The position numbers and the translations under genes are program-made. Below are positions 18,005 through 29,233 of a DNA stretch of 64,000 nucleotides, one piece after another; the first letter of the stretch is position 1; every line of letters starts with the position of its first letter. The DNA is from an uncultured Verrucomicrobiae bacterium (GTDB taxonomy: Bacteria; Verrucomicrobiota; Verrucomicrobiia; Chthoniobacterales; UBA10450), in contig CAVWPA010000001.1 of assembly GCA_963756875.1 (NCBI GenBank), positions 384,001 to 448,000 of the forward strand, read 5' to 3'. The notes below the pieces were generated by a model. It was given only the letters and a program-made list of their open reading frames with translations, ran no database searches and had not been told where the DNA came from.

Positions 18005-21000
18005 ATGAACGAACATTCCTGGCGTGAGTTAGTGGGCGAAGAACGGCCCGTAGGTTTTGATCAGGTCGCAATCGGAATCGCTTCCAGCGACACGATGCGG
18101 TCGTGGAGCAAAGGCGAGGTTAAAAATCCGGAGACGATCAATTATCGTACGTTCAAGCCGGAAAAGGGCGGTCTCTTTTGCGAGCGTATTTTCGGGCCGA
18201 CGCGCGATTGGGAATGCTCGTGCGGAAAGTACAAGCGAATCAAGCATAAGGGCGTTATTTGCGACCGTTGCGGCGTGGAAGTGACGCTGGCGCGCGTGCG
18301 ACGCGAGCGCATGGGCCACATCGAGCTGGCCGTGCCGGTCTCCCACATCTGGTTTTATAAGTGCATGCCTTCGCGGCTGGGACTGATGCTCGACATGAGC
18401 GCACGCCAGCTCGAGCGCGTGATTTATTATGAGGACTACATTGTCATCGACCCGGGCAAAACGCCGCTGCAAAGGACGCAGCTTCTGAATGAAGTCGAGT
18501 ATCGCGAAGCGCAGGAGCAGTACGGCGAAGATTTCGTTGCCGGGATGGGCGCGGAAGCGATCAAACAGCTTCTCTCCGAGATCGAGCTCAACAAGCTCAA
18601 CAAGGAGCTGGAAAAAGCGATGGGGGCGACGAAGAGCAAGCAGATCCGCAAGAAGCTCGCTAAACGTCTCAAGCTGGTTCAGGGATTTCAAAATTCGCAC
18701 GCCCGACCGGAGTGGATGATTCTCGATGTGCTGCCGGTGATTCCGCCGGATTTGCGGCCATTAGTTCCTTTGGAAGGCGGACGATTCGCAACCAGCGATT
18801 TAAACGACCTTTATCGGCGCGTCATCAACCGCAACAATCGTCTCAAAAACCTCCTCCAGCTCAAAACGCCGGACGTTATCATTCGAAACGAAAAGCGAAT
18901 GTTGCAGGAAGCTGTGGACGCCTTGTTCGACAACGGCCGACACGGGCGCGCGGTCACCGGCGCTGGAAATCGCCCGCTGAAATCCTTAAGCGACATGCTC
19001 AAGGGCAAGGGCGGCCGGTTCCGGCAGAATTTGCTTGGGAAACGGGTCGATTACTCTGGCCGTTCCGTCATCGTGATTGGGCCGGAGTTGAAACTGCATC
19101 AGTGTGGTCTGCCGAAAAAGATGGCGCTCGTTTTGTTCGAGCCGTTCATTATTCGCCGGCTCAAGGACCTGGGCTACGTGCATACGGTACGCAGCGCCAA
19201 GAAAATGATCGAGCGCCAGACGCCGGAAGTCTGGGACATTCTGGACGAAGTCACGCGTGGCCATCCGGTCCTGCTAAACCGCGCACCAACGCTGCATCGA
19301 TTGTCGATCCAGGCATTCGAGCCGCAATTGATCGAAGGCGAAGCCATTCGAATTCACCCGCTGGTCTGCACGGCTTACAACGCAGACTTCGACGGCGACC
19401 AGATGGCGGTGCACGTGCCGCTCTCGGTGGAAGCGCAGATGGAAGCGCGCATGCTGATGCTGGCGCCGAACAACATTTTCTCGCCGTCCAACGGCAAACC
19501 GATCACCACGCCGACACAGGACATTACGCTCGGCTGCTATTACATGACGCAAAATCCGCGCTCTATCAAAAAGGAAGGCCAGCATATGCCGCTGTTCGGC
19601 GAAGCCACCGAGGTGGAATTTGCCATGGCTGAAGGCGCGGTGAAGACGCACGATCGCATTCGGTTCAAGAACCCGGATCTCGGTAAGCAGACGCCCTTTG
19701 GGAATGCGGAAGCGAAGGTGATTGAGACGACCGCCGGGCGCGTCATTTTTAATCGGATCTGGCCGAAGGAGCTTGGTTTCTTTAACAAGGCCGCCGGCAA
19801 GAAGCAGCTCAGCGATATTATCTGGCGCTGCTATCAGGTCGCGGGTCCTTCGATCGCAGTGCAGACTCTCGACAAGCTTAAGGAACTCGGATTCAACGAG
19901 GCGACCCGGGCCGGAATCTCAATCGGAATCTCTGACATGATCATCCCGAAAGAGAAGCACACCGAGCTCGAGAATGCCTACAGACAGATCCGTCAGGTCG
20001 AACAGCAGTATCGCAAGGGAATTATCACCGACGGTGAGCGTTACAATAAGATCATCGATATTTGGACGCACGCCGGTGACGAGATTTCCAGTGTCATGTT
20101 CCGCACTTTGGAACACAACGAAGGGCGCAAGGAATTGAACCCGGTTTACCTGATGGTCGATTCCGGCGCGCGCGGAAATCGTCAGCAGGTGCGGCAGCTG
20201 GCCGGCATGCGCGGTTTGATGGCGAAGCCGAGCGGCGAAATCATTGAGCGCCCGATCACGTCTAATTTCCGGGAAGGATTGAGCGTGCTCGAGTATTTCA
20301 TTTCGACTCACGGCGCGCGCAAAGGTCTCGCCGATACAGCTCTCAAGACGGCGGACTCCGGTTATCTCACGCGGAAACTGGTGGACGCGGCCCAGGACGT
20401 AATCATCAACGCGCACGACTGTGGCACGGTCAACGGAATCGTTGTGCGCTCGATTTACGAAGGCGACGAGGAAGTGGTCGATCTGGCTCAGCGCATTATC
20501 GGTCGCGTGAGTTGCGAGACAATCGCGGACCCGGTGGAGAAGAAAAAGAAGGTCGTCAAAGCGAACCAACTCATCGACGAAAAGGTCGCGGCAGAGCTTC
20601 AACGGATCGGCGTGGAGCAGCTAAAAATTCGTTCCGTGCTCACCTGCGAATGCGGGCGCGGTGTTTGCGGCATGTGTTACGGCCGGAACCTGGCGACGGG
20701 CCAATTTGTCAAACTCGGCGAAGCGGTCGGCATTATTGCGGCGCAATCCATCGGCGAACCGGGGACGCAGTTGACCATGCGGACGTTCCACATCGGAGGT
20801 ACCGCGAGCCAGACTTTTAAACAGCCGATCATCAAGGCCAAAAACGACGGCACGGTCCGGTTCAACGATCTACGAACTGTGCAAGCGCTCGATGGCAGCT
20901 GGATTGTGCTGAGCAAGAACGGCTCGGTGGGCGTGCATAATTCGGAAGGCCGGGAACTGGAGCGCTACAATGTGGTCATCGGTTCGATGATTTCCAAGGA

Positions 21001-22123
21001 CGACGGCGCCTCCGTAAAAAAGGGCGAAACCTTTGTCCAATGGGACCCTTACAACGTTCCGATTCTTACCGACAAGAGCGGCAAGGTAGAATTCCGCGAC
21101 ATGATCTCCGGGGTGACGATCAAGCGCGATGTGGATGAAGCAACCGGCTTGATGGGCACTGTCATCATCGAGCACAAGGAAGATTTGCACCCGCAGATTG
21201 TTATCATGGGTGACAAGAAGGAAGTGCTCGCCAACTATTCCATTCCGGCCGGCGCGCACGTGATCGTCGAAGAGGGGCAAAAAATCCGCGCGGGCGCGTT
21301 GCTTGCGAAGACGCCGCGCAAGGTGGCAAAGACCAAGGACATCACCGGCGGCCTACCACGCGTGGCGGAGTTGTTCGAGGCGCGTCGTCCAAAGGACGCG
21401 GCCGAGATCGCCAAGATCGACGGCAACGTCGAAATCGGCGGCACCGTCCGCGGCAAGCGGCGGCTCATGTTGAAGGATCCGGAAACGGGTGTGGAGGAAG
21501 AACATCTCATTCCGCTCACGAAACACATTATTGTCTTCAAAGGCGACTTCGTGAAGAAGGGTCAGCAGTTGACCGAAGGTCCGATCGTGCCGCATGAAAT
21601 TCTGGAGGTTTGCGGTCCGCAGGAGTTGCAGGAACACCTCGTGAACGAAGTACAGGAGGTGTATCGCCTTCAGGGTGTCGAAATTAACGACAAGCACATC
21701 GAAATCATTGTGCGTCAGATGCTGCGCAAGGTGAAAATCACCGACCCGGGCGACACGTCATTGCTTTGGGGCGATCAGGTGGACAAGCTCGATTTCGAAG
21801 CCGAAAACAGGAATGTTGTCGAGCAGGGGGGCAAACCGGCAGAGGCCGTGCCTGTGCTGCTTGGTATCACCAAGGCTTCGCTCGAAACCGACAGCTTCAT
21901 CTCCGCGGCATCGTTCCAGGATACGACGCGCGTTCTCACGGAGGCCGCTACGCTGGGTAAAGTCGACAGGCTGCGCGGTTTCAAAGAAAACGTGATCATG
22001 GGTCACTTGATTCCTGCTGGAACCGGGTTCCCGGCACATCGTGAGATCAAACTTGTCGAGAAGGGCGAACCGATTGGTGCTGCCGTGGTGGAGGAACCTG
22101 AAGTACAACCGGCCATCGGGTAG
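18005..22123 (+). CDS. rpoC: RNA polymerase beta' subunit
   Basis: [12 protein letters not shown] catalytic motif, zinc finger. Confidence 0.99.
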   Translation: MNEHSWRELVGEERPVGFDQVAIGIASSDTMRSWSKGEVKNPETINYRTFKPEKGGLFCERIFGPTRDWECSCGKYKRIKHKGVICDRCGVEVTLARVRRERMGHIELAVPVSHIWFYKCMPSRLGLMLDMSARQLERVIYYEDYIVIDPGKTPLQRTQLLNEVEYREAQEQYGEDFVAGMGAEAIKQLLSEIELNKLNKELEKAMGATKSKQIRKKLAKRLKLVQGFQNSHARPEWMILDVLPVIPPDLRPLVPLEGGRFATSDLNDLYRRVINRNNRLKNLLQLKTPDVIIRNEKRMLQEAVDALFDNGRHGRAVTGAGNRPLKSLSDMLKGKGGRFRQNLLGKRVDYSGRSVIVIGPELKLHQCGLPKKMALVLFEPFIIRRLKDLGYVHTVRSAKKMIERQTPEVWDILDEVTRGHPVLLNRAPTLHRLSIQAFEPQLIEGEAIRIHPLVCTAYNADFDGDQMAVHVPLSVEAQMEARMLMLAPNNIFSPSNGKPITTPTQDITLGCYYMTQNPRSIKKEGQHMPLFGEATEVEFAMAEGAVKTHDRIRFKNPDLGKQTPFGNAEAKVIETTAGRVIFNRIWPKELGFFNKAAGKKQLSDIIWRCYQVAGPSIAVQTLDKLKELGFNEATRAGISIGISDMIIPKEKHTELENAYRQIRQVEQQYRKGIITDGERYNKIIDIWTHAGDEISSVMFRTLEHNEGRKELNPVYLMVDSGARGNRQQVRQLAGMRGLMAKPSGEIIERPITSNFREGLSVLEYFISTHGARKGLADTALKTADSGYLTRKLVDAAQDVIINAHDCGTVNGIVVRSIYEGDEEVVDLAQRIIGRVSCETIADPVEKKKKVVKANQLIDEKVAAELQRIGVEQLKIRSVLTCECGRGVCGMCYGRNLATGQFVKLGEAVGIIAAQSIGEPGTQLTMRTFHIGGTASQTFKQPIIKAKNDGTVRFNDLRTVQALDGSWIVLSKNGSVGVHNSEGRELERYNVVIGSMISKDDGASVKKGETFVQWDPYNVPILTDKSGKVEFRDMISGVTIKRDVDEATGLMGTVIIEHKEDLHPQIVIMGDKKEVLANYSIPAGAHVIVEEGQKIRAGALLAKTPRKVAKTKDITGGLPRVAELFEARRPKDAAEIAKIDGNVEIGGTVRGKRRLMLKDPETGVEEEHLIPLTKHIIVFKGDFVKKGQQLTEGPIVPHEILEVCGPQELQEHLVNEVQEVYRLQGVEINDKHIEIIVRQMLRKVKITDPGDTSLLWGDQVDKLDFEAENRNVVEQGGKPAEAVPVLLGITKASLETDSFISAASFQDTTRVLTEAATLGKVDRLRGFKENVIMGHLIPAGTGFPAHREIKLVEKGEPIGAAVVEEPEVQPAIG

Positions 22124-22129
22124 CGGAAT

Positions 22130-22187
22130 TGTAGGGCGTCCGTGTCAGACGCCGTCCAGGGTTGGCGTTTCACAGAAACGCCATACA
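22130..22187. repeat. GTAG-type REP-like element after rpoC
   Basis: tgtagggcgt...acgccataca. Confidence 0.75.
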
Positions 22188-22198
22188 ATGTTCGCCTA

Positions 22199-22744
22199 AT
22201 GTCGATCGTAACCAGGACCGGCGACCAGGGCGAAACTTCGCTCATGTACGGCCGGCGCGTGCCGAAAAGCGATCCGCGGGTCGATGCCTACGGCTGCGTT
22301 GATGAGTTGAATGCAGCGCTCGGGATGGCGCGCACGTTTTCAGACAATCCGTTCGCTTCCGACCAGATCCTGGCGGTGCAAAAAGACTTGATTGTTGTCA
22401 TGGGAGAACTTGCGACAGCAGCAGACGATCTCGATCGATATGTGAAGGACGGTTTCAAATTGACCAGCGGGGAAATGGTCGATCGGCTCGATGAAGTGAT
22501 CGTCCATCTTGAAAAGGACAAATCGTTGTATCCGAAAGATTGGGTCATTCCCGGCGAAAGCCGGGCTTCCGCGGCATTGGACCTTGCACGAACCACCTGC
22601 CGGCGCGCCGAACGTCGTGCGGCAGCACTGGAGGATTTGAACCCCGAAATCCTCCGTTATCTCAACCGGCTTTCGGATCTTTGCTGGATTTTAGCGCGCT
22701 ATTGCGAGAAGACCGCGGTGAAATCGGCGACTCCGGATCGCTAA
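22199..22744 (+). CDS. Cob(I)alamin adenosyltransferase, PduO type
   Basis: IVTRTGDQGET, AYGCVDELN, RRAER, YLNRLSD. Confidence 0.92.
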   Translation: MSIVTRTGDQGETSLMYGRRVPKSDPRVDAYGCVDELNAALGMARTFSDNPFASDQILAVQKDLIVVMGELATAADDLDRYVKDGFKLTSGEMVDRLDEVIVHLEKDKSLYPKDWVIPGESRASAALDLARTTCRRAERRAAALEDLNPEILRYLNRLSDLCWILARYCEKTAVKSATPDR

Positions 22745-22822
22745 TATTCTGTTTGCCTTTGTGTTCCCAATGTAGCATCTTCCACATCCGCCGTTTCCCC
22801 CCTCCGCCCGGCGGTTTTTTAT

Positions 22823-23554
22823 ATGGCGACCACAATAGAATTAGTGCCTGAACTGCTCGAAGCTGGTGTCCATTTCGGTCATCAGACCAAGCGCTGGAAC
22901 CCGAAGATGAAGCCGTTCATTTTTGAGCAGCGCAACCAGATCTATATCATCAACCTGGACGAAACGGTGAAGCAACTTCACCGCGCGACCGATTTTCTTC
23001 AGGAAGTGGCGCGGCGAGGCGGCAAGATCCTTTTCGTCGGTTGCAAAAAACAGGCGCAGGAAGCAATCAAGGAAGCCGCCCTGGCTTGCGGACAATTTTA
23101 CGTAAACCAACGCTGGCTCGGCGGCACGTTGACCAATCTCTCCACTATCCGGAAGAGCATCGGTCGCCTTAAGTATATCGAGGAGATCGAACAATCGCCC
23201 GATTACAAAAAAATGGGCAAACAGGAAATCGCGGCGCTCAATCGAGAGGCTGCCAAGCTCCGGCGGAATCTTGAAGGAATTCTGGAAATGGCGCAGTTAC
23301 CGAACGCTCTCGTTATCATTGATACGACGCGCGAACAAAACGCGGTTAACGAGGCGCGCCGCCTTGGAATCCCGGTCGTCGCAATTGTCGATACCAATGC
23401 CGACCCCGATCTGATCGACTACCCGATTCCCGGGAATGACGATGCGATCCGCGCTATTCGCGTGGTGTTGCAAAAACTCGTGGATGCGATCGTCGCGGCC
23501 GGGGGAGAAGCGCGGGTTCGCGAACAGATAGAAATGGCCGGCGTATCAGCCTAG
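22823..23554 (+). CDS. rpsB: 30S ribosomal protein S2
   Basis: AGVHFGHQTKRWNPKM, RWLGGTLTN, PGNDDAIRA. Confidence 0.99.
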   Translation: MATTIELVPELLEAGVHFGHQTKRWNPKMKPFIFEQRNQIYIINLDETVKQLHRATDFLQEVARRGGKILFVGCKKQAQEAIKEAALACGQFYVNQRWLGGTLTNLSTIRKSIGRLKYIEEIEQSPDYKKMGKQEIAALNREAAKLRRNLEGILEMAQLPNALVIIDTTREQNAVNEARRLGIPVVAIVDTNADPDLIDYPIPGNDDAIRAIRVVLQKLVDAIVAAGGEARVREQIEMAGVSA

Positions 23555-23646
23555 CCGAGCTAAAGCGTTAATAGGTTACATTGTTACAATGTAGCTGGAT
23601 GAAGCTCACGATTTAACGTTGGGAGATTGTAACATTTTAACTGTTC

Positions 23647-24252
23647 ATGGAAATTAATCCACAGCTCGTTAAACAGCTTCGCGAGAAAACCAATGCCGGC
23701 ATGATGGATTGCAAGCGCGCGTTGACCGAAGCTAATGGGGATCTGGTCAAGGCCGAAACGATCTTGCGCACCAAGGGAATTGCGACGGCGAGCAAGAAAT
23801 CGTCTCGCGTAACCAAGGAAGGGATTGTCGCGTCCTACATTCATCTGCAGGGCAAGGTCGGCGTTCTCGTCGAGGTGAATTGCGAAACCGATTTTGTGGC
23901 GAAGAACGAAATTTTTCGTTCGTTTGTCAAAGACATCACCCTGCATATCGCCGCCGCACATCCACTTTATGTGAGCCGGGCCGATGTGCCGGCAGGAACC
24001 GTCGAGGCAGAGCGCGCGATTTATGAAGCGCAGGTTAAGGACAAGCCGGCCAACGTGATGAATAAGATTGTGGAGGGAAAACTCGACAAGTACTACAGCA
24101 CGGTTTGTTTGCTGGAGCAGGGCTTTATCAAGAACCCCGACCAGACGATCAAGGATTTGCTGACCGCAAAGATTGCCGAACTGGGCGAAAATATCGTGAT
24201 CCGGCGCTTTACCCGGTATCTGGTAGGCGAGCCGCTTCCAGACGAAGGCTAA
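23647..24252 (+). CDS. tsf: Elongation factor Ts (short form)
   Basis: LREKTNAGMMDCK, EVNCETDFVAK. Confidence 0.98.
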   Translation: MEINPQLVKQLREKTNAGMMDCKRALTEANGDLVKAETILRTKGIATASKKSSRVTKEGIVASYIHLQGKVGVLVEVNCETDFVAKNEIFRSFVKDITLHIAAAHPLYVSRADVPAGTVEAERAIYEAQVKDKPANVMNKIVEGKLDKYYSTVCLLEQGFIKNPDQTIKDLLTAKIAELGENIVIRRFTRYLVGEPLPDEG

Positions 24253-24374
24253 GACATCCTTTTGGTTGCCGTTCTCCTGATAGCCTCTAAACTGGTTTTT
24301 CACCCGAACGCGCCGGGGTGTAACTCAACGGCGCAAACGAAGTTCTGACTGACTTCATAAGAGGAGGAGAACCC

Positions 24375-24654
24375 ATGAAAGTTATGGTTGTTTGGGAAGA
24401 CCGCCCCCGGCAAATACAAAGCTACAGTCGAGGAATTTCTCCGTAAAGGCGGTCCAGTCCCGTCCGGAGCCAAAACCGTAGGGCGCTGGCACACCCCGGG
24501 CTCCGGCCTCGGCTGGCATCTTATAGAATCGGACGATCTGGCGCTTGTTGCACAGCACGTGGCCGAGTGGGCCGACCTTATAGAGTGCCAGGTCTATCCG
24601 GTTATTGAGGATGCCGAAGCCGCCACCGCCGCCAAGAGGGCGTTTGATAAGTAG
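24375..24654 (+). CDS. DUF3303-like small protein, apparent frameshift at 24394-24396
   Basis: GAGGAG RBS then ATG 24375 (MKVMVVW); with one G removed it continues KTAPGKYK...VGRWH...EWADL. Confidence 0.7.
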
Positions 24655-24687
24655 TAATCTCCCTGCCAACAGTCCGGTATCAGTTTG

Positions 24688-24769
24688 GGTAGGGGCGACA
24701 GCCTTGATCGACCGCACCCTCAGCTGGATTCCGCCCGGGGCTTCCGTCTCCGTGGAGGTGGTTCCCTGC
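24688..24769. repeat. GTAG-type REP-like element
   Basis: ggtagggg...ccctgc arms, intergenic. Confidence 0.5.
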
Positions 24770-24815
24770 ACGCAGTCCGTGAAATCCGTGTAATCCGGGG
24801 CTAGCTTTGGTAGAA

Positions 24816-26615
24816 ATGGCCCTGAAGGATTATAAGCGGAAGCGCGACTTCTCGAAGACGGCCGAGCCGAAAGGAGGGAAGCCGCTTCCAAAGCAGGTTC
24901 GCGGCGCATCGCGGTTTACCATTCAAAAACACGATGCCAGCCGGTTGCATTACGATTTCAGGCTCGAAATGGGAGGCGTTTTGAAATCGTGGGCTTTGCC
25001 TAAAGGCTTGCCATGGGCCCGAGGCGAGAAGCATTTAGCGGTAGAAGTTGAAGATCATCCGGTCGAGTACGCGAATTTCGAGGGCGTTATACCGGAAGGT
25101 CAATATGGCGGCGGCAGCGTGATGCTGTGGGATCGCGGGAAGTATTATGTCTATGGCGAACAACCGGAAAAATCGTGGCGTGAAGGAAAATTGCATCTTG
25201 TACTCGATGGCGAAAAAGCCAAGGGTGAATGGACGCTCGTGCGCATTCGCGGCCGTGATGGTGAGAAAAATCAGTGGCTGATCCTCAAAACCGGCTCGGA
25301 TACGCGGGCACCTTCTAAAAAACGTGAAGACGAATCGGTCAAGACGGGCCGCAGCATGAAGCAGATCGCGGAGGAACACGACGCCGAGTGGCAATCAAAT
25401 CGGGGAGAAACCGACACGAGTGCGAAATCGAGATTGAAATCGCGCATCAAAGCGGCCCTTAAAAAAAAAGAAAAAGCTGAAATTGTAGGGCAGGCAGTCG
25501 CCGCGGCGCCCCTGCCTAAATCGGCAGATGCCAACCGGGGCGGTCGCCCTGCAACGCGAAGGTCGGCATCTTCGGAGGGCGGAGTAAAGCGCATCATTGT
25601 GGGTTTACCAGCGGCCAAACCTCATTTCATCAGCCCGATGAAGCCGAAGCTAGTAGACGAGCCGCCGAAACGCGGCGACTGGCTTTACGAGCTGAAATTT
25701 GACGGGATTCGTGCCATCGCAATCAAGAACGGCGTGAAAGTCTCGTTACTCTCGCGAAACGAGAAGACGTTGGATGCACGTTTCCCCGAGATTGTCGATG
25801 CGGTGAAGACCTTGCCCGCGCGCGAATGCGTGATCGATGGTGAAGTCGTCGCCCTTGACGATAAAGGGCGCTCCTCGTTTCAATTATTGCAGGCGCGCGA
25901 AATGTTCGCCACGGGACGAATCCGTCCGACCGGCGGAGAGGAGCAAAAAGCGCCGCTCTGCTTTTACGTTTTCGATCTGCTGGAAATTGAGGGCAAAAGC
26001 CTGATCAAGCTTCCGCTTGGCGAGCGGAAGAAGCTGCTCGCGAAAATCTGTGAAGAAGCAGGCGACCCAGTCCGTTGCTCAGGCGAGATCGGCGGCGACG
26101 TGAAATCATTGCTTGCGGAGGTAAAACGGCGTGGCCTGGAGGGCCTGGTAGGCAAGCAGCGGAATTCCGTTTACGAGCCGGGACGGCGCAGTGGCGCGTG
26201 GATCAAGTTGAAATGTCTGAACGAACAGGAATTCGTTATCGGGGGCTTCACGCCGCCCGGTGGAGCACGCAAACACTTCGGGGCAATTCTCGTCGGCTAT
26301 TTCGAAGGCCACCGGCTGATTTTTGCCGGGAAAGTCGGAACCGGATTCACCGAGGAGACATTGTCGATGTTGCACAAACGGTTTCGGAAAGACGAGCGCG
26401 ACGACTGTCCCTTCACTAATCTGCCGTCAAAAAAGGGCGGACAGTGGACGCAGGGAATCACGCCGCGGATGATGCAGAAAATGCATTGGATCAATCCGGT
26501 CCTGATTGCACAAATTAAATTCGCTGAATGGACGCGCGACGGAAAGTTACGGGCGCCGGTTTTCTTAGGTTTGCGCGAGGACAAGAAAGCGCGCGAAGTG
26601 ACCCGCGAAGGATGA
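24816..26615 (+). CDS. ligD: NHEJ DNA ligase D (phosphoesterase + ligase domains, no polymerase domain)
   Basis: QKHDASRLHYDFRLE PE domain; ELKFDGIR adenylation motif; EGLVGK; GKVGTGF OB fold. Confidence 0.93.
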   Translation: MALKDYKRKRDFSKTAEPKGGKPLPKQVRGASRFTIQKHDASRLHYDFRLEMGGVLKSWALPKGLPWARGEKHLAVEVEDHPVEYANFEGVIPEGQYGGGSVMLWDRGKYYVYGEQPEKSWREGKLHLVLDGEKAKGEWTLVRIRGRDGEKNQWLILKTGSDTRAPSKKREDESVKTGRSMKQIAEEHDAEWQSNRGETDTSAKSRLKSRIKAALKKKEKAEIVGQAVAAAPLPKSADANRGGRPATRRSASSEGGVKRIIVGLPAAKPHFISPMKPKLVDEPPKRGDWLYELKFDGIRAIAIKNGVKVSLLSRNEKTLDARFPEIVDAVKTLPARECVIDGEVVALDDKGRSSFQLLQAREMFATGRIRPTGGEEQKAPLCFYVFDLLEIEGKSLIKLPLGERKKLLAKICEEAGDPVRCSGEIGGDVKSLLAEVKRRGLEGLVGKQRNSVYEPGRRSGAWIKLKCLNEQEFVIGGFTPPGGARKHFGAILVGYFEGHRLIFAGKVGTGFTEETLSMLHKRFRKDERDDCPFTNLPSKKGGQWTQGITPRMMQKMHWINPVLIAQIKFAEWTRDGKLRAPVFLGLREDKKAREVTREG

Positions 26616-26641
26616 TCCTGTTTCTCTCCGAATCCAACCTT

Positions 26642-26893
26642 TTAGTCCCAGTTCTGCACCAGCAGCCAGACAAGCGCAGAAAGCATCCCGGCAAACGTCG
26701 ACAACACCAGAGCGGCGCGCTTTGACTGACGCGTCTTGAATTCCGGTCTGGGGATATCCTCGTGGATGTGGCTGGCTTCGTAAGCCTTCATTAGAAAATA
26801 GGCCACTACGAAGCCAACCGCAGCCCACTTGAAACACCCAAGGACGGTTTCGAGCATCGCAGGAGAATTTAGCGCCGTTACCGTTGGATTCAA
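26642..26893 (-). CDS. Small hypothetical membrane protein
   Basis: Two hydrophobic segments; AAGGAG RBS before a TTG start. Confidence 0.55.
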   Translation of the reverse strand: MNPTVTALNSPAMLETVLGCFKWAAVGFVVAYFLMKAYEASHIHEDIPRPEFKTRQSKRAALVLSTFAGMLSALVWLLVQNWD

Positions 26894-27088
26894 CTCAGGC
26901 TCTCCTTTGCGCCGCCGTTGGACCCTCGCTTGGGCGGGGCGGTCGGAACGCTTTCTGCTGATTCCGCAGATTCGGCGCGAGAAGTTATTGACATTTATTC
27001 ACAATTGAGGGAAACGAGTCTCCCGCCTTCGGTCGCCGCGGCGACCTTCGGCGTGGCAGGCCCGCTTACTAAATAAAAGGAGGTCATT

Positions 27089-27946
27089 ATGCGTCCCATT
27101 TGGAAAGGTAGCATCAGTTTCGGATTGGTTTACATCCCAATCGCGGTCTATCCGGCGACCCGCGAAGAGAAGCTCAGCTTTCGCCAACTGCGCCGGACCG
27201 ACCTAAGCCCGATCAAGTACAAAAAAGTGGCTGAGGCTGACATGAAAGAGGTCCCTGCAGACCAGATCGTAAAGGGGTTCGAGTACGAACGCGGACGTTA
27301 CATTGTTCTAAACGAGGAAGATTTCGAGAAAGTGAAAATTGAATCGACCCATTCCATCGATATCACCGATTTCGTCGACCTCGACCAGGTCGACCCGAAG
27401 TTTTTCTACAAGCCATATTTTTTAGAGGCACAAAAGGGCGGCGAGAAGGCATATGCGCTTTTGCACAAGGCGTTGAGCGGCACCGGTAAGATCGGCATCG
27501 CCAAGGTGGTCATCAGTAATCGCGAATATCTGGCGGCCGTGAAGCCCGATGGATTATTTCTCATTCTCGAGCTGATGCATTTTGCCAGCGAAGTTCTCAG
27601 TCCGGAGGAATTGAATCGCCCTAGCACTGCGTTGAATGAGAAAGAACTGAAAATGGCGCACGCACTGATCGAGAGCATGTCATCCGATTGGGAACCGAAG
27701 AAATATCGGGACGAATACCGCAATGCAGTGATGGAGATGATCGAACAAAAGGCGAAAAACAAGCAGCTGCCTCCGGCGCCTGCTGCAGCGCCTCGCAGCA
27801 CAAACGTCGTCGATCTTGTGAAGGTTTTGCAGGAAAGCATCAATCGCTCGCAATCCGTGCGAGTTAAGCGCGGCGGGAACGGTGCGAGTGGGCGTCGAAG
27901 ATCGACATCCTCGCTGGTCAAGCAAAAGCGTCGCGCGGTGGCGTGA
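27089..27946 (+). CDS. ku: Ku protein (NHEJ)
   Basis: MRPIWKGSISFGLV, IVKGFEY; AGGAGG RBS; basic C-terminal tail. Confidence 0.96.
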   Translation: MRPIWKGSISFGLVYIPIAVYPATREEKLSFRQLRRTDLSPIKYKKVAEADMKEVPADQIVKGFEYERGRYIVLNEEDFEKVKIESTHSIDITDFVDLDQVDPKFFYKPYFLEAQKGGEKAYALLHKALSGTGKIGIAKVVISNREYLAAVKPDGLFLILELMHFASEVLSPEELNRPSTALNEKELKMAHALIESMSSDWEPKKYRDEYRNAVMEMIEQKAKNKQLPPAPAAAPRSTNVVDLVKVLQESINRSQSVRVKRGGNGASGRRRSTSSLVKQKRRAVA

Positions 27947-27950
27947 TGTT

Positions 27951-28010
27951 TGTAACGGCGCTTTATAAGCGTTGGAAGAATTAAGGCAACGGTCACAGAC
28001 CGTCGCTACA
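27951..28010. repeat. GTAG-type REP-like element between convergent genes
   Basis: tgtaacggcg...cgtcgctaca. Confidence 0.7.
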
Positions 28011-29225
28011 ATCCCGCGTTTGGATGTGTTCCGGCCGCGGGCCAAGCCCTATCAAGCGCGCGGGAAATTGCCGCAAGAATGGGAAATTCAGGAAGAGGCG
28101 GGGGAGAACTGGCAGCGCTGACTTCGTGCCTTTCTCGCGACCGGTCACGACACGCCTGTGAATGAAAGCCTGGATTTGCTGGATCACCGCAGTCGGCCAT
28201 TCGCGGCGGCGTTGCACCTCGTGCAGGTCTCGCAGTGAAACGGGACCGCGTCGCAGTTTTTCCGCGAGCAGATTCGCCGTCGCGACCGCGTCTTGAATTG
28301 CCAGATTGATTCCCACACCGCCGGTCGGCGACATGGCATGCGCAGCGTCCCCGATACAAAGAAGACCTTCGCGATACCACCTTCGCAGGCGATTGATCTG
28401 CACTGTCAGCAACTTGATCTTCGACCAATCGTCGAGTTCGGCCATGCGATCGCGCAGAAAATTCGCCATGCTCGCCAGGTTATCGTGGAATACCGGCAAT
28501 CCCTGGGTCTTGATTTGATCGAACCCGCCCTTGGGGATCACGTAACCGCATTGCCAGTAATCGCCGCGATCGAGCAGCACAAGCAGTTTGCCGTGCCGGA
28601 AAAAACCGAGCGTTTGTTGCGGGTCTCCATCGCGTTTCGAGACCCGCATCCAAAGCACATCGATCGGTACGCCAAACTCGCGTACTTCGAAGTCTGCGCG
28701 GTCGCGCACCGTCGAGCCGCGGCCGTCGGCGCCAAAAACCAGATCGGACCGCACTTCGACGTCGCCGCTCGGCGTTTTTGCGCGCACGCCGACGACGCGC
28801 ACGCCCTCGACGATCAGATCGGTTACTTCGTGCTCCATTTGGAGGTTAAAACTCGGAAAGCGTTTCGCGTGGGCGGAAAGAAAATTCAGGAAATCCCATT
28901 GCGGCATGAATGCGATGAACTTGCAGTGTGTCGGCAAATGCGTGAAATCCGCGATCGGAACGGTATGCCCATTAATCACGCCGCCGAGCATCGAGACTCT
29001 TTGATGAGGCTGCTGCAGAAATTCGTCGAGCAAACCGAGCTCGTACATCAGCTCGAGCGTGGATGGATGAATGGTGTCGCCGCGAAAGTCGCGAAAGAAG
29101 TCCTTGTGCTTTTCCAGCACTGCCACCTCGATGCCGGCGCGCGCGAGCAGAAAGCCGAGCATCATGCCGGCTGGGCCGCCCCCGACTACAACGCATCGCA
29201 TGTCAGAACTTTCCGGGGAGCCCAT
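27993..29225 (-). CDS. FAD-dependent oxidoreductase/monooxygenase
   Basis: VGGGPAG, ADGRGS, IGDAAHAMSPTGGVGINLAIQD. Confidence 0.92.
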   Translation of the reverse strand: MGSPESSDMRCVVVGGGPAGMMLGFLLARAGIEVAVLEKHKDFFRDFRGDTIHPSTLELMYELGLLDEFLQQPHQRVSMLGGVINGHTVPIADFTHLPTHCKFIAFMPQWDFLNFLSAHAKRFPSFNLQMEHEVTDLIVEGVRVVGVRAKTPSGDVEVRSDLVFGADGRGSTVRDRADFEVREFGVPIDVLWMRVSKRDGDPQQTLGFFRHGKLLVLLDRGDYWQCGYVIPKGGFDQIKTQGLPVFHDNLASMANFLRDRMAELDDWSKIKLLTVQINRLRRWYREGLLCIGDAAHAMSPTGGVGINLAIQDAVATANLLAEKLRRGPVSLRDLHEVQRRREWPTAVIQQIQAFIHRRVVTGREKGTKSALPVLPRLFLNFPFLRQFPARLIGLGPRPEHIQTRDCSDGL

Positions 29226-29233
29226 TGTTGAAG

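Noticed and set aside
14266..22108. Long antisense and alternate-frame ORFs over rpoB/rpoC
   Set aside because: Shadow ORFs expected from GC-rich codon usage; no motifs
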